A stretch of 64,000 nt of DNA from a virus (lineage: Duplodnaviria > Caudoviricetes). Of the stretch, positions 1 to 10,900 are shown one piece after another; within the stretch, counting starts at the first letter, position 1; every line of letters starts with the position of its first letter. Both the position numbers and the translations under genes were made by a program. The stretch spans positions 9,470 through 73,469 of IMG/VR virus record IMGVR_UViG_3300012665_000704; one strand, written 5' to 3'. The notes below the pieces were generated by a model. It saw nothing but the letters and a program-made list of their open reading frames with translations. It did not search any database and had not been told where the DNA came from.

Positions 1-1
1 T

Positions 2-994
2 CAACAAATAGCCGCAAATGAAAATACACTACAAGAACCGCCTCAACTGTCTAATGAAGAAGTAGATGCGTATCTTCAAAATTTCCAAAATGATGCTGAT
101 CAGTATTCTATTGACAAGGTTGAAAGTGAAAATCCCGGAGCAACAACACGTGCGTTATCGGGACCGTTAGCAAAGACCCGAGGTGAGGCTACAAATCAAG
201 ATGCAAGTAATTTTCAACAAAAACAAGATTGGCGAGTAAGACTAAGTTTAGCTCCTGGATCAACTTATCTATATAATAATAAAGGTAATGAGGGAATACT
301 ATTACCGTTAGCACAAACTAATGGAGTTATATTCCCGTACACACCTGCAATTTCTGTTGCATACACTGCTTCATATGATCCAACTGAGTTAACACACTCT
401 AACTATAAATTTTTCTCTTATAGAGCCAGCTCAGTAGACAGTATATCAATTACATGTGATTTTACTGCACAGGATACTTTTGAAGCTAACTATTTGTTAG
501 CAGTTATTCATTTCTTTAGATCAGTTACAAAAATGTTTTATGGACAAGATCAAAATCCCAAACCAGGAACACCTCCTCCGTTGTGTTATTTAACCGGGCT
601 GGGTGCTTTTCAGTTTGATGCTCATCCATTAGCAATTACAGGTTTTACTTATAGTTTACCAACAGATGTTGACTATATACGTGCAGGTGTGCCGACTACC
701 CAACCAGGTGTTAACAAAGGAGCCGCCTTCCCTACCACCGGATTACTTGGAGCTATTAATAGTAGGTTGCAAAGTTCTGGATTGTTTCCAGGAGCATTAG
801 CAGCTCCGGTATACTTTACAGAAAATGCAGGAACAAGAGAACCTACATATGTTCCAACTAAGATTCAAATGGCAATAACAGCAATACCGATTGTAACAAG
901 AAATGATATTAGTAACCAGTTTAGTTTAAAAGAATATGGAACTGGTAAGTTATTAAGAGGAAGTAGAAATCGCAACGGTGGAGGAATTTGGTAA
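2..994 (+). CDS. Baseplate/tail-tube initiator-like protein (gp48/gp54-type), 5'-truncated by the window
   Basis: The frame of track ORF 494..994 is open back to base 2 (QQIAANE...DWRVRLSL...GVIFPYTPAISVAYTASYDPTELTHSNY...FTAQDTFEANYLLAVIHFFRSVTKMFYG), so 494 is not the true start. FPYTP and PPP motifs and the position before gp53/hub/gp5/gp25/gp6 fit a tube-like baseplate protein. Confidence 0.6.
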   Translation, partial: QQIAANENTLQEPPQLSNEEVDAYLQNFQNDADQYSIDKVESENPGATTRALSGPLAKTRGEATNQDASNFQQKQDWRVRLSLAPGSTYLYNNKGNEGILLPLAQTNGVIFPYTPAISVAYTASYDPTELTHSNYKFFSYRASSVDSISITCDFTAQDTFEANYLLAVIHFFRSVTKMFYGQDQNPKPGTPPPLCYLTGLGAFQFDAHPLAITGFTYSLPTDVDYIRAGVPTTQPGVNKGAAFPTTGLLGAINSRLQSSGLFPGALAAPVYFTENAGTREPTYVPTKIQMAITAIPIVTRNDISNQFSLKEYGTGKLLRGSRNRNGGGIW

Positions 995-1305
995 TGGCAA
1001 GTAATAGTTTTTATCCGGCAACAAGCCCATATTATAACACGGATGTAGTTAATAATAAATTTTTAGATGTTATGATAAACAGGTCTATACCTATGCAACC
1101 CTCAGATATATATTGGGAAATAACTCCGGTTTATGAATATAGACCTGATTTACTAGCATTTGACTTATATGCAAATAGTAGTTTATGGTGGGTGTTTGCA
1201 AGTAGAAATCCTAATAGATTAAAAGATCCTTATTTTGATTTTGTTACGGGTGTGGGTATATATTTGCCCAAAGCAGAATTACTTAATCAATTATTGGGAC
1301 TATAA
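994..1305 (+). CDS. Baseplate wedge protein, T4 gp53-like (LysM-like)
   Basis: YEYRPDLLAFDLY...LWWVFA..N..L.DP motif. ATG at 994 overlaps the upstream stop (TAATG) and has GGAGGA upstream, so it is preferred over the TTG at 988. Confidence 0.75.
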   Translation: MASNSFYPATSPYYNTDVVNNKFLDVMINRSIPMQPSDIYWEITPVYEYRPDLLAFDLYANSSLWWVFASRNPNRLKDPYFDFVTGVGIYLPKAELLNQLLGL

Positions 1306-4032
1306 ATGGCAGAAGTTAATGAATATGGCGAAGTGATTGAGACTTCGGATCCTAACGCTACTGCACAACAAAACAGGGAGTATATAGCATCAGGTGGAAT
1401 AGATGATGATTCCGGCACTGTGCAACGATTCGATGACGGATCTAGTATACAAACATTTGATGATGGTTCTACTATTGTTATTGATAATGAAGGTGCAATT
1501 AGTTCTACTCCTATACCACCTGAATATAGTAATGCAGGCACTACTCAAGCAGGAAAATCAGGCACCCGATCAGCTAGCAACAAAAGACCTAAACCAGGAA
1601 AGAGACTTCAAAATCCTTTAGGTAATTTTAGTAGTTATACGTATCAGATATCATTGTACATGATAACTCCCGAAGCATATAACACTTTTGTTCAATCAGG
1701 TAGAAAAAATATATCAGCCTTTCAAGGAGTAGACAATACTAGTAAAGGTGCATTTTTAATTGCACAAAGCGGAGGTATTAATAACTCTACTACCAAACGT
1801 GCTCCTGAGTTTGATTTAGATTTTTACATTGATGATTTAAAAATAAAATCAGCAATCACCGGTAAAGAAACTTTAACAGCAACTAATATTGAAGAAATAA
1901 ATTTTAATATATATGAACCTTATGGATTTTCTTTTTTAACTAGATTAAGAAGGGCATTAGACGCATTAAATCAATCACCGCCTAGTAATGCAAACGCCGC
2001 TAATGGGGTAGATGAAGAAGGTAGAAATGTTGGTATTGAAATTCGTGCGGAAGATGGTACACTTTCTCAATCACGCCGAAATCCTGAATCAGGAGAACTT
2101 TATAATCCGTCAGTTGAATCAACTACTGGAACTCCTAATTCATCATCAGGAGGAAAAACTAGTCCATTTTCAGCACAATCACAAAACCCCTCACGCCAAT
2201 TTTTTATATTAGGAATACGTTTTCAAGGATATGATAGAAATGGTAATTTAATTAACTCAAAAGATCAATCGGGATATAATGCTGACCCTACAGGAAATGC
2301 AAATGGTGTGTACGAAAGATTTTTTGATATTAGGATTCAAGAATTAAAATTTAAAATTGATGGTAGAATGGTTGTATATCAATGTACTGCGGTTGTTCCT
2401 AAAGTCAGTGAAGCAATGGGAACAAAACGAGGAATTATTGATAATGGCGTAACCATTATAGGTGGAACAGTAAACGATGCATTTTTGGGGGAGACAGAAG
2501 GTAACATTGGAATGTTTACTAAATTAAACAATGATCAAAAGAAGTTAAAAACACAAGGATCAATTAGTATACCCAATGAATTTACGGTTACATACTTAGG
2601 AAATACTGACATAACCGTTGGTGGTGCAAGTATTGTTAGCCCTGCCGACCTTGACAAGTTAAAATGGAAAATGACAAATGCAAAAACAACTACTGAAGTT
2701 AATGTAAAAACAGAAGAAAAAAGTACAGTTGACAATACTAAAAGACAAATTACTATTAGACGCGGCGTTCCTATATTACAAGCAATACAACAAATAATTT
2801 CACAAAGTTCTTTTTTAGAAGATGCTTTAAACAAAGTTTATAATGCTGCCGAACAACCTGATCCTCAAGGCGGAGATGATGAAACTGTAAATTCAGATGA
2901 AAATACTATTTCTTGGTATAATGTAAGTCCTGAGATAACAATTTTAGGGTGGGATGATTTAACAGGTGATTATGCATACAGAATTAATTATGTTATACAA
3001 CCTTATTCTACGCCAATAGTAAATACCCCGTATGTAAAAAAGACTCCTAAATATTATGGTCCACATAAAAGATATGATTATTGGTTTACTGGAAAAAATA
3101 GTGAAGTATTAAAGTATGAACAAGTGTTAGATAATGCATATTTTACAGTTGCGATTGATCCGGGAAATAGCAAGCAAGCATCTGGCGGAGAACAACAAGT
3201 TCCTACTATAGCAAACAAACAACAAAATCAACCCAAACAAGGAGCATTGAATTTAGGTAGAGAAGCACAAAATTCATATATGACTAGTTTATTTGAACCG
3301 GGCGCATATGCCGAAGCCAAAGTTTCAATATTAGGAGATCCTGATTTTTTAATGACCACTTCATCAAGCAGTGTGCAAGCAGTGTATGATAGATTTTATG
3401 GACCTGATGGTTATACTATTAATCCAAATGGTGGACAAGTTTTTGTTGAAATAAATTTTAAAGAACCGCAGGACTATAATAATAAAGATGGTTTATTAAG
3501 CATTAATGAATCTATATTGTTTTATCCTTATCCTGATGAAATTAGAAAAGATATTGATTCTCGTGGCGGAGGAGTAAGTTATTTGGTAAAAGTAGTTACT
3601 AGTAGTTTTAAGGGTGGTAAATTTGAGCAAGACCTTGAATTAGTAATTAATACGTTTGCGTCACTAACCAATACTCCTACAAATCCAGGTGCTCGACCTG
3701 CAACTACTGCTACTGACCCTGCTAATCAAACAGCTGCCGTAGCAGCCAGAACAGGTTTTGTGCCAAATGCTACTGCTGGTGGTGGCCGTGGCGCCCGAGG
3801 AGGCCCAACAGCCGCAGAACTTGCTGCATATCAAGTAAGCCAGGGAAAAGGTTTCCAACAATCACCACCTATAACTGATGCAACAGGTAATGTAACAGGT
3901 GGAGGAGCCGCATTTGGAAATCCAAATTTAATACGACAAGCTAATAGAGCTAGAAATAATCAAGCACAACAAGGTACTATAACAATACCTACAAAAACTG
4001 GACAGGTGCAAGATGATGATAGTGGAATGTAA
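1306..4032 (+). CDS. Baseplate hub-like structural protein
   Basis: 908-aa ORF between gp53-like and gp5-like genes. NPL..FSSYTY, IYEPYG, K.YDYWFTGKN and ILGDP motifs plus C-terminal F..GKFEQ.L resemble hub proteins of large myophages. Confidence 0.55.
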   Translation: MAEVNEYGEVIETSDPNATAQQNREYIASGGIDDDSGTVQRFDDGSSIQTFDDGSTIVIDNEGAISSTPIPPEYSNAGTTQAGKSGTRSASNKRPKPGKRLQNPLGNFSSYTYQISLYMITPEAYNTFVQSGRKNISAFQGVDNTSKGAFLIAQSGGINNSTTKRAPEFDLDFYIDDLKIKSAITGKETLTATNIEEINFNIYEPYGFSFLTRLRRALDALNQSPPSNANAANGVDEEGRNVGIEIRAEDGTLSQSRRNPESGELYNPSVESTTGTPNSSSGGKTSPFSAQSQNPSRQFFILGIRFQGYDRNGNLINSKDQSGYNADPTGNANGVYERFFDIRIQELKFKIDGRMVVYQCTAVVPKVSEAMGTKRGIIDNGVTIIGGTVNDAFLGETEGNIGMFTKLNNDQKKLKTQGSISIPNEFTVTYLGNTDITVGGASIVSPADLDKLKWKMTNAKTTTEVNVKTEEKSTVDNTKRQITIRRGVPILQAIQQIISQSSFLEDALNKVYNAAEQPDPQGGDDETVNSDENTISWYNVSPEITILGWDDLTGDYAYRINYVIQPYSTPIVNTPYVKKTPKYYGPHKRYDYWFTGKNSEVLKYEQVLDNAYFTVAIDPGNSKQASGGEQQVPTIANKQQNQPKQGALNLGREAQNSYMTSLFEPGAYAEAKVSILGDPDFLMTTSSSSVQAVYDRFYGPDGYTINPNGGQVFVEINFKEPQDYNNKDGLLSINESILFYPYPDEIRKDIDSRGGGVSYLVKVVTSSFKGGKFEQDLELVINTFASLTNTPTNPGARPATTATDPANQTAAVAARTGFVPNATAGGGRGARGGPTAAELAAYQVSQGKGFQQSPPITDATGNVTGGGAAFGNPNLIRQANRARNNQAQQGTITIPTKTGQVQDDDSGM

Positions 4033-4052
4033 ATTTTAATTATTTTTAATAT

Positions 4053-7000
4053 ATGGACAATTATTTTAAACCAATAGGCACAACTAAAGAAAGCGAACCT
4101 GATGCAGGTGGCGGAGCAGTACGATCTGAACCAGTATTAGCAATCGTTAAAAATAACATTGATCCTACAAGAGGAGGGAGATTACAAGTTTATATTTCAG
4201 ACTTTGGAGCCCCTGATCCCGATGATAGTTCAAGTTGGGTTACTGTTGGTATGATGGTGCCCTTCTTTGGTTCTACTCAAGGCAGCGGTGGTTCAGAAGG
4301 CTACGGTAGTTACACACAAAATCCAAGTTCATATGGTATGTGGTACAGCCCACCTGACATAGGAAGTACAGTAGTTTGTATTTTCATTAACGGTGACATG
4401 AGTTATGGTTATTACATTGGTGCAATACCTAAACCAGAAATATTACAAATGGTTCCTGCTATTGGTGCAACAGACAATGTTACATTAAATGAAGGTGAAG
4501 CAGAGAGTTACGGTGGCGCCACTGTACTTCCAGTCACTAATTTAAATACAGATAATTCAGCAATAGCAGATGGTGCAGAATTTTTAACTGAAGCAAAACC
4601 TGTACATAGTTATCTTGCGTCAATATATTCACAGCAAGGTTTAATTCGTGATACTATTCGTGGTCCAATTACAAGTAGCGCCCAACGTGAAAGCCCATCA
4701 CGTGTTGGATGGGGCGTAAGTACTCCGGGTAGACCTATCTTTGAAGGTGGATTTACTGATGAAAACATTGTTGATCAGTTAGGTGGAGATACACAAAGAG
4801 ATCCGTCTAGTTTAAAAGTAATTTCTCGCCGAGGTGGTCACAGTATTGTTATGGATGACGGAGACATTACTGGACAAGATCAATTAGTACGAATAAGAAC
4901 TGCATTAGGTCATCAAATTTTAATGAGTGACAACGGACAATGCTTACACATTATACATAGTAACGGTCAAAGTTGGATTGAGTTAGGTAAAGAAGGTACA
5001 ATAGATATGTACTCAACTAATTCAGTTAATATAAGAACACAAGGTGATTTAAACTTACACGCAGATAACAATATTAATATCAATGCAAAAAAAGATTTAA
5101 ACATTGCCGCAGATAACATAAAAATAACGTCAGAGAAAAATTTTAGTTTTAAAGCTGGTGCTAATTTTAACGGTTATGCTATGGGAACATACACTGTAAA
5201 AGTTAATGGTTCAATGAGTATGAATTCAGAAGGTGAGGGTTCGTATGCAAGTAGCGGAACAATGTATGTAAATGGTGCTGTAGTTAACTTAAACACCGGT
5301 TCAAGTTCAACTGTAGCGGCTGAAGTTCCACCTATTCCTGTAGTTGCACATACTGATACGTTATTTGATAGTGTAAAAGGTTATGCAGCCGCCCCAGGAA
5401 AACTTTTAAGTATTGTTAGTAGAGCACCAGCACATGCACCTTGGGCTAGTGCAGGACAAGGAGTAGATGTTAAAGTTTCTACTAATGCAAGTAGTGAATT
5501 ACCAAAACCACCTAGTAGCGAAGTAGCACAAGCAAACAAAACAACAGCAGGACCTCCTAATAATCCAACAAGTCCTGCAGTGGCAGCTACTGTTCCCCCT
5601 AGTGCTGAAGTAAGTCCGGCTATTGATAAAAATGTAACAGCCGCTATGGTAAGTGGGGTGTCATCACAAGCCGCCGCAACAGTACCTAATTTAAATAGTT
5701 TAGGTGCAACTACTGTAACAAATGCAACAGGACAATTAACTGCCGCAGTAGGTTCTTTAGCACAGACCCCTGCACAATTAGAAATTAGTAATGTATTGAA
5801 ACCTGGATCTTCTACATTGATTAATGGATTGATTCAAGGTGGTGCTAATGTACAGTCTGCAATGACAAGCAACTTGTTTAAAGGCGCTCCGGGAGCACCA
5901 AACTTAAATTCTTTAGTTCAAAATACCACAGCACAAGTAACAAGTCAAGTTACTAACTTTACACAGGCACAAGCAGGTCTTACTAAAACAGGATTAATGA
6001 CTGGCAAGGAAGCACCTGGACAAATTGCAGGAATTATTACTGCAGGTTCACAAATTGGATTGGGTGCTACAACAGCTTTTGTTAAAAATGCCGGCGCCGC
6101 ACTAACAGCCGGAACAGGATCACTTGCAAGTGCTGTCTCTGGAGCGGGCAGTGCAATATCAGGTGCTATGTCAGCCGGTGGCTTCGCCGCAAATATGGCA
6201 ACATCTATTTCAGGTGGATTAGGTTCTATCGCTACATCATTAGATGGCATGTCAAAGACAGCAAGTGCAGGTGTAAGTGGATTACTTGATAGTGCAAAAG
6301 GAATTTCCGGATCTGCATTTTCTGCAATTACTGCATCGTTCAAAGCATTTACACCTGGCATACCGCAAAATTTAACAGCAATTGCTGAAAAGAATGCAAA
6401 AGCTGCCGCAGCATCAGAAGCATCTTCGGGTGCAAATGCAGGACAACAACTTGCTAATGCGATATCTAACGCACCTGCAGGTTTAGCCGCGGCAGCAGGT
6501 GGATTAGCAGGTGGATTAACAAATTCAGTTGGTGCAGTTAGAAATGCATTAGGTGGGAGTACTGGAACAATAAGCGGTGGTATTTCTTCTATTGCAGGTA
6601 CCGCAGCCTCACTAACTAACTCAATATCATCTATCACTAGAGCAGCCGGTGTGACTTCGGTTACTTCTGCGTTAGGAACTGCATCTGCTATTAGTGGTAC
6701 AATTTCAAGATTAACAGCTAGTGTTCCATCAAGTGTACCCGGTCTTGCAAGTGGAGTAAATTCTTTACCCGGCGGAGTTAATGCAATTTCTTCTGTTGTC
6801 AATAATGCTACCGGAGCACTTAATAATGTTCCTGGATTGAGTGGAGTATCCGCACTAGTAAAAAATACGTCATCTTCAATATTAAATGGTATATCAGGAT
6901 CATCTACTTCATTGAGTTCGTTGGCAGGACCTTCTGCAGGATCATTGGGAGGTACAATTAATCAGTTAACTTCAAGTTTAGATGTTGCAGGACTTGCACA

Positions 7001-7478
7001 AAAAGTAGCAGCCGGAACATCATCGTTAACTTCTTTAGCTTCTACAGGATTATCTTCTGGTGCGGCTGCATCATTGGCGGCGGCATTTAATTCATTAAAT
7101 TCAGGTGGATCGTTGCCTATAAAATTACCTACAGTGGCTGCAAATACAACAGACAGAAGTGAATTAACTTCTCAAATTGCATCAGTACTTGGAAGTTCAA
7201 AGATACCTGCCCCAAATTTTAGTGGAGGCATTTCAAGTGGTGCAAAATCTGAAATATCACGTTTAGATGATTTACTTAAACAACAACAAAAATTAGTAGT
7301 TGAAAAAGAAGAACAAAATAAAGTTGTTCAAACTGCACGACAAGCGTTTCTTGAGGCAAAAAATAATCTTCCAGAAGGTGATCCGCAACTTGAAGAAGCA
7401 AAAGTCGCTTATATTACAGAAGTAGATAAATTTTCTGCAATAACTAAAAAGATAAGAGATATAGCTAACCAAGCATAA
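4053..7478 (+). CDS. Baseplate central spike, gp5/VgrG-like, with a long Ala/Gly/Ser-rich C-terminal extension
   Basis: N-terminal OB-fold signature (VKNNIDPTRGGRLQV...SYGMW..PPDIGS.V.C.F), GHSIVMDD, IRTALGHQILM and beta-helix-like repeats (NIRTQGDLNLHADNNININAKKDLNI). Directly upstream of gp25. Confidence 0.8.
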   Translation: MDNYFKPIGTTKESEPDAGGGAVRSEPVLAIVKNNIDPTRGGRLQVYISDFGAPDPDDSSSWVTVGMMVPFFGSTQGSGGSEGYGSYTQNPSSYGMWYSPPDIGSTVVCIFINGDMSYGYYIGAIPKPEILQMVPAIGATDNVTLNEGEAESYGGATVLPVTNLNTDNSAIADGAEFLTEAKPVHSYLASIYSQQGLIRDTIRGPITSSAQRESPSRVGWGVSTPGRPIFEGGFTDENIVDQLGGDTQRDPSSLKVISRRGGHSIVMDDGDITGQDQLVRIRTALGHQILMSDNGQCLHIIHSNGQSWIELGKEGTIDMYSTNSVNIRTQGDLNLHADNNININAKKDLNIAADNIKITSEKNFSFKAGANFNGYAMGTYTVKVNGSMSMNSEGEGSYASSGTMYVNGAVVNLNTGSSSTVAAEVPPIPVVAHTDTLFDSVKGYAAAPGKLLSIVSRAPAHAPWASAGQGVDVKVSTNASSELPKPPSSEVAQANKTTAGPPNNPTSPAVAATVPPSAEVSPAIDKNVTAAMVSGVSSQAAATVPNLNSLGATTVTNATGQLTAAVGSLAQTPAQLEISNVLKPGSSTLINGLIQGGANVQSAMTSNLFKGAPGAPNLNSLVQNTTAQVTSQVTNFTQAQAGLTKTGLMTGKEAPGQIAGIITAGSQIGLGATTAFVKNAGAALTAGTGSLASAVSGAGSAISGAMSAGGFAANMATSISGGLGSIATSLDGMSKTASAGVSGLLDSAKGISGSAFSAITASFKAFTPGIPQNLTAIAEKNAKAAAASEASSGANAGQQLANAISNAPAGLAAAAGGLAGGLTNSVGAVRNALGGSTGTISGGISSIAGTAASLTNSISSITRAAGVTSVTSALGTASAISGTISRLTASVPSSVPGLASGVNSLPGGVNAISSVVNNATGALNNVPGLSGVSALVKNTSSSILNGISGSSTSLSSLAGPSAGSLGGTINQLTSSLDVAGLAQKVAAGTSSLTSLASTGLSSGAAASLAAAFNSLNSGGSLPIKLPTVAANTTDRSELTSQIASVLGSSKIPAPNFSGGISSGAKSEISRLDDLLKQQQKLVVEKEEQNKVVQTARQAFLEAKNNLPEGDPQLEEAKVAYITEVDKFSAITKKIRDIANQA

Positions 7479-7479
7479 G

Positions 7480-7487
7480 ACTAAATA
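7480..7487 (+). promoter_or_regulatory. T4-late-like promoter motif
   Basis: ACTAAATA, 4 nt before the gp25 ATG, no SD. Confidence 0.55.
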
Positions 7488-7491
7488 TATC

Positions 7492-7941
7492 ATGCCTACA
7501 TATATCGGATTTAGTACAATCAACGCAAACAAACCAAGATCCACTGACCTAAATGCAGGGGCAGACGGAGGGACAGGTTCTATAACACAACCTGTAGTTT
7601 TTGGTAAAAAATTTAAAATTGTTGACACACAGTTAGTAATTCAAGATTTCTTAAATGCTTTGAATATACAACAAGGCGAAAAAGTAGGAAATCCGGGATA
7701 TGGAACAACACTATGGAGTTTTGTATTTGAACCAAATACAGCAGATGTACAGTTTCAATTAGAAAATGAAATACGTAGGGTTGCAAGTCTAGATCCCAGA
7801 ATGATATTAAATTCCGTAAAGGCTTATCCACAGGATAACGGAATATTAATTGAAGTTGAAATGGCTATTGCCCCATTCAATGATGCATTTCAACTGTCAG
7901 TTTTCTTTAATAACGCAACAAATACCGCAGTATTGCAGTAA
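7492..7941 (+). CDS. Baseplate wedge subunit, gp25-like
   Basis: LN.LNI..GEK...P.YGT.LW..VFEP...DPR motif typical of the gp25 family; lies between gp5-like and gp6-like genes. Confidence 0.85.
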   Translation: MPTYIGFSTINANKPRSTDLNAGADGGTGSITQPVVFGKKFKIVDTQLVIQDFLNALNIQQGEKVGNPGYGTTLWSFVFEPNTADVQFQLENEIRRVASLDPRMILNSVKAYPQDNGILIEVEMAIAPFNDAFQLSVFFNNATNTAVLQ

Positions 7942-7968
7942 CCCTAAAAATCCAGTGTTTTCAGGTAT

Positions 7969-7976
7969 GATAAATA
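7969..7976 (+). promoter_or_regulatory. T4-late-like promoter motif
   Basis: GATAAATA in the gap before gp6. Confidence 0.55.
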
Positions 7977-7996
7977 CATGAAAGAGAACACGATCC

Positions 7997-10900
7997 ATGG
8001 CTACAAGTTCAAGACAATCAGCAATATTCGGCGTAAATGACTGGAAAGCCATTTACCAAACTTTCCGTGAAGCCGACTTTAAGAGTTATGATTATGAAAC
8101 CCTTCGTAAAAGTTTCATAGATTACTTACGTATATACTACCCTGAAACATATAACGATTATATTGAGAGTGCAGAATTTATTGCATTACTTGATGTTATG
8201 GCATATATGGGACAAGGTCTTGCTTTCCGTAATGATTTAAACGCACGTGAAAATTTTATCGATACTGCTGAACGTAGAGATAGTGTTATAAAATTAGCAA
8301 ATCTAGTTAGCTATACACCAAAAAGAAATCTTGCTGGCCAAGGTTATCTTAAAATTAATAGTGTACAAACTACACAAAACATTACAGATTTAAATGGATT
8401 TAATTTAAGCAACGTTCCTATTTTATGGAACGATCCTGCTAACCCAAATTGGTTAGAGCAGTTCAATACAGTAATAAATGCATCATTAGTTGATGTTCAA
8501 CGAATAGGTCGCCCAGCAAATTCAGCACAAATTTTAGGGGTAAAAACTGATGAATATACTATGCAGATTCCTGCTAATAGTATACCTGTAGTTCCTTTCA
8601 ACTCTAGTGTTGATGGAATAAACATGAACTTTGAATTAGTTAGTGTGACTAGCGTTGGTGAAGATTATGTATATGAGATTCCTCCGCAACCAACAAATCA
8701 ATTCAATATGCTATACCGTAATGATAAATTAGGTTATGGTAGCCCAAACACAGGATTTTTCTTCTACTTTAAACAAGGTTCATTACAAACTTTTGATTTT
8801 AATTTAGCACAACAAATTTCAAATCAAGTAGTTGATATTGATATTCAGGGTATTAATAATACTGATACATGGTTATCTCAATTGACTGCAAGTAACGGAT
8901 TGATTGGTCTATGGAAACAAGTTGATAACATTTATGCAAATGCATATCTACAAACTGAAACTAGTTTTAAAAAGATTTTCTCTGTTAATAGTAGATTTAA
9001 TGACCAAGTTAGTTATGTATTTGGTGACGGTGTGTTCAGCGAAATTCCAGTTGGTTCATTTAGAGCATATGTTCGTGCAGGCAACGCACTAACTTATGTA
9101 ATTCAACCTACTGAAATGCAAGGCATTTCAATCTCATTTAGTTATATTAGTAGAGTTGGCCGTCAAGAAACATTGACTGTTGGCTTGTCATTAACAAATC
9201 CTGTTTCAAATGCCCAAGCACGTGAAACATTAGCTAATATTAAACAACGTGCTCCTACTCGTTACTACACACAAAATCGTATGGTTAACGGGGAAGATTA
9301 TAATAACTTTCCGTACACACTTTACAGTTCTATTATAAAGAGTAAAGCAATTAATAGAAGTAGTGTTGGTGTATCACGTAATTTAGATTTGTTAGACCCA
9401 ACAGGAAAATATTCAAGTACAAATACTTTTGCAAGTGATGGCGCGGTATATTTAGATACAGATAATGGTTTTTCAATATTAACTATTAATAGTTCAGGTG
9501 ATATCATTACCTTCTTATCTGACACACTAGCAGCCATACTTGCTGATAATCGTTCAATTCAATATTATATACAAAACTATACTAGATATGATGTTAATCA
9601 AGCATCAGGTGATGGTACAGTTTCTTGGCAAACTAGTACAGTCAATGCAAGTAGTTTGACTGGATATTTTTATAACATTACAAATAATGTTGACACTCCT
9701 ATTCCAACAGGAACATATTCTACATACAATGCAAAATATATAACAAAAGGTGCGTTGTTAAAATTTATTGCACCTCCTGGTTTTTATTTTGATAGTAATA
9801 ATCGTTTAGTTAGTGGAGTAGCAACACCAACAGATACTACTTTCATTTGGACAACCGTGTTAAATGTAGTAGGAGATGGCTATAATAACGGGTCTGGACA
9901 ATTTGCAAATGGTACAGGACCAATTACATTAAATGGTTACGTTCCGACAGAAGCAGTACTATCAGAAATTATACCTGCATTTGACAACACGTTACCAAAT
10001 TCAGTTATACAAGAATGTATTATAAAACTTGAATTGCAACAAAACTTTTCATTAGTGTTTAATAATTCACTAACGATTGCACAAGATCGTTGGAGTGTTG
10101 AAGCATATAATGCAACTGGATATTTTGTTAATTTTGAAAGTACTGGGTACAACAGATATACAGTTACGTATCGTTCATTAGCCTATTATTTTGGTAGCGT
10201 AGCTGATACTAGATTTACATTTGAATCAGGTAAATTAGTTTATGATCCATTCAGTGGTAAAATTTTACAAGACTTTGTAAAAGTATTAGCAACCAATACT
10301 CAACCTAGTTCTAATTATCCACTGACCACACCAATTTCTGCTAGTATCATAGGACAGACTGTGCAGTCCGATGGTTATATTGATGACTTTGAAGTTGAAG
10401 TAGCAAGCATTGATGTTAATGATAGAACAGTTGTTGAGAATCCAGATTTCTTTAATCAGATTACTGGGTATGTAACTGGTAATACCAATGTTGGAATTTA
10501 TGCATTTTTTGAAGAAGTACAAGATGCTATTAATTTATCTCGTTTGCAATTAATACCTACATCAGATGTTGTATATCAATATGCAACTACTAGTCAAATT
10601 GAAGTTGTAAAATACGAATACCCTGTGGGTCAGTTGTTCTATGCATCTTCAGAAAATGTATTTTATATAACTGTGCAAGATGAAACTATTAATACTCCTT
10701 ATTATGTATTAGTATTGCAACCACAGTATAGTATGAAGCCAGGACGTCAGGGTTTACAATTCCAATATCGTCATAATAGCAACAATACAACACGCATTGA
10801 TCCTGCTACTACAAATATTATTGATTTGTATGTAGTAACACAAGCATACTATACTGCATATCAAAATTGGATACAAGATAGTACAGATACTGTGCCGTTA

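Noticed and set aside
494-496. Track start of the first ORF (TTG at 494)
   Set aside because: The frame is open to the window edge with protein-like sequence, so the true start lies upstream.
5945-6802. 285-aa minus-strand ORF
   Set aside because: Antisense shadow of the Ala/Gly/Ser-rich part of the gp5-like gene; no independent motifs or RBS.
7943-7965. Possible terminator hairpin CCTAAAAA...TTTTCAGG between gp25 and gp6
   Set aside because: Weak AT-rich stem with a mismatch and no U-tract.
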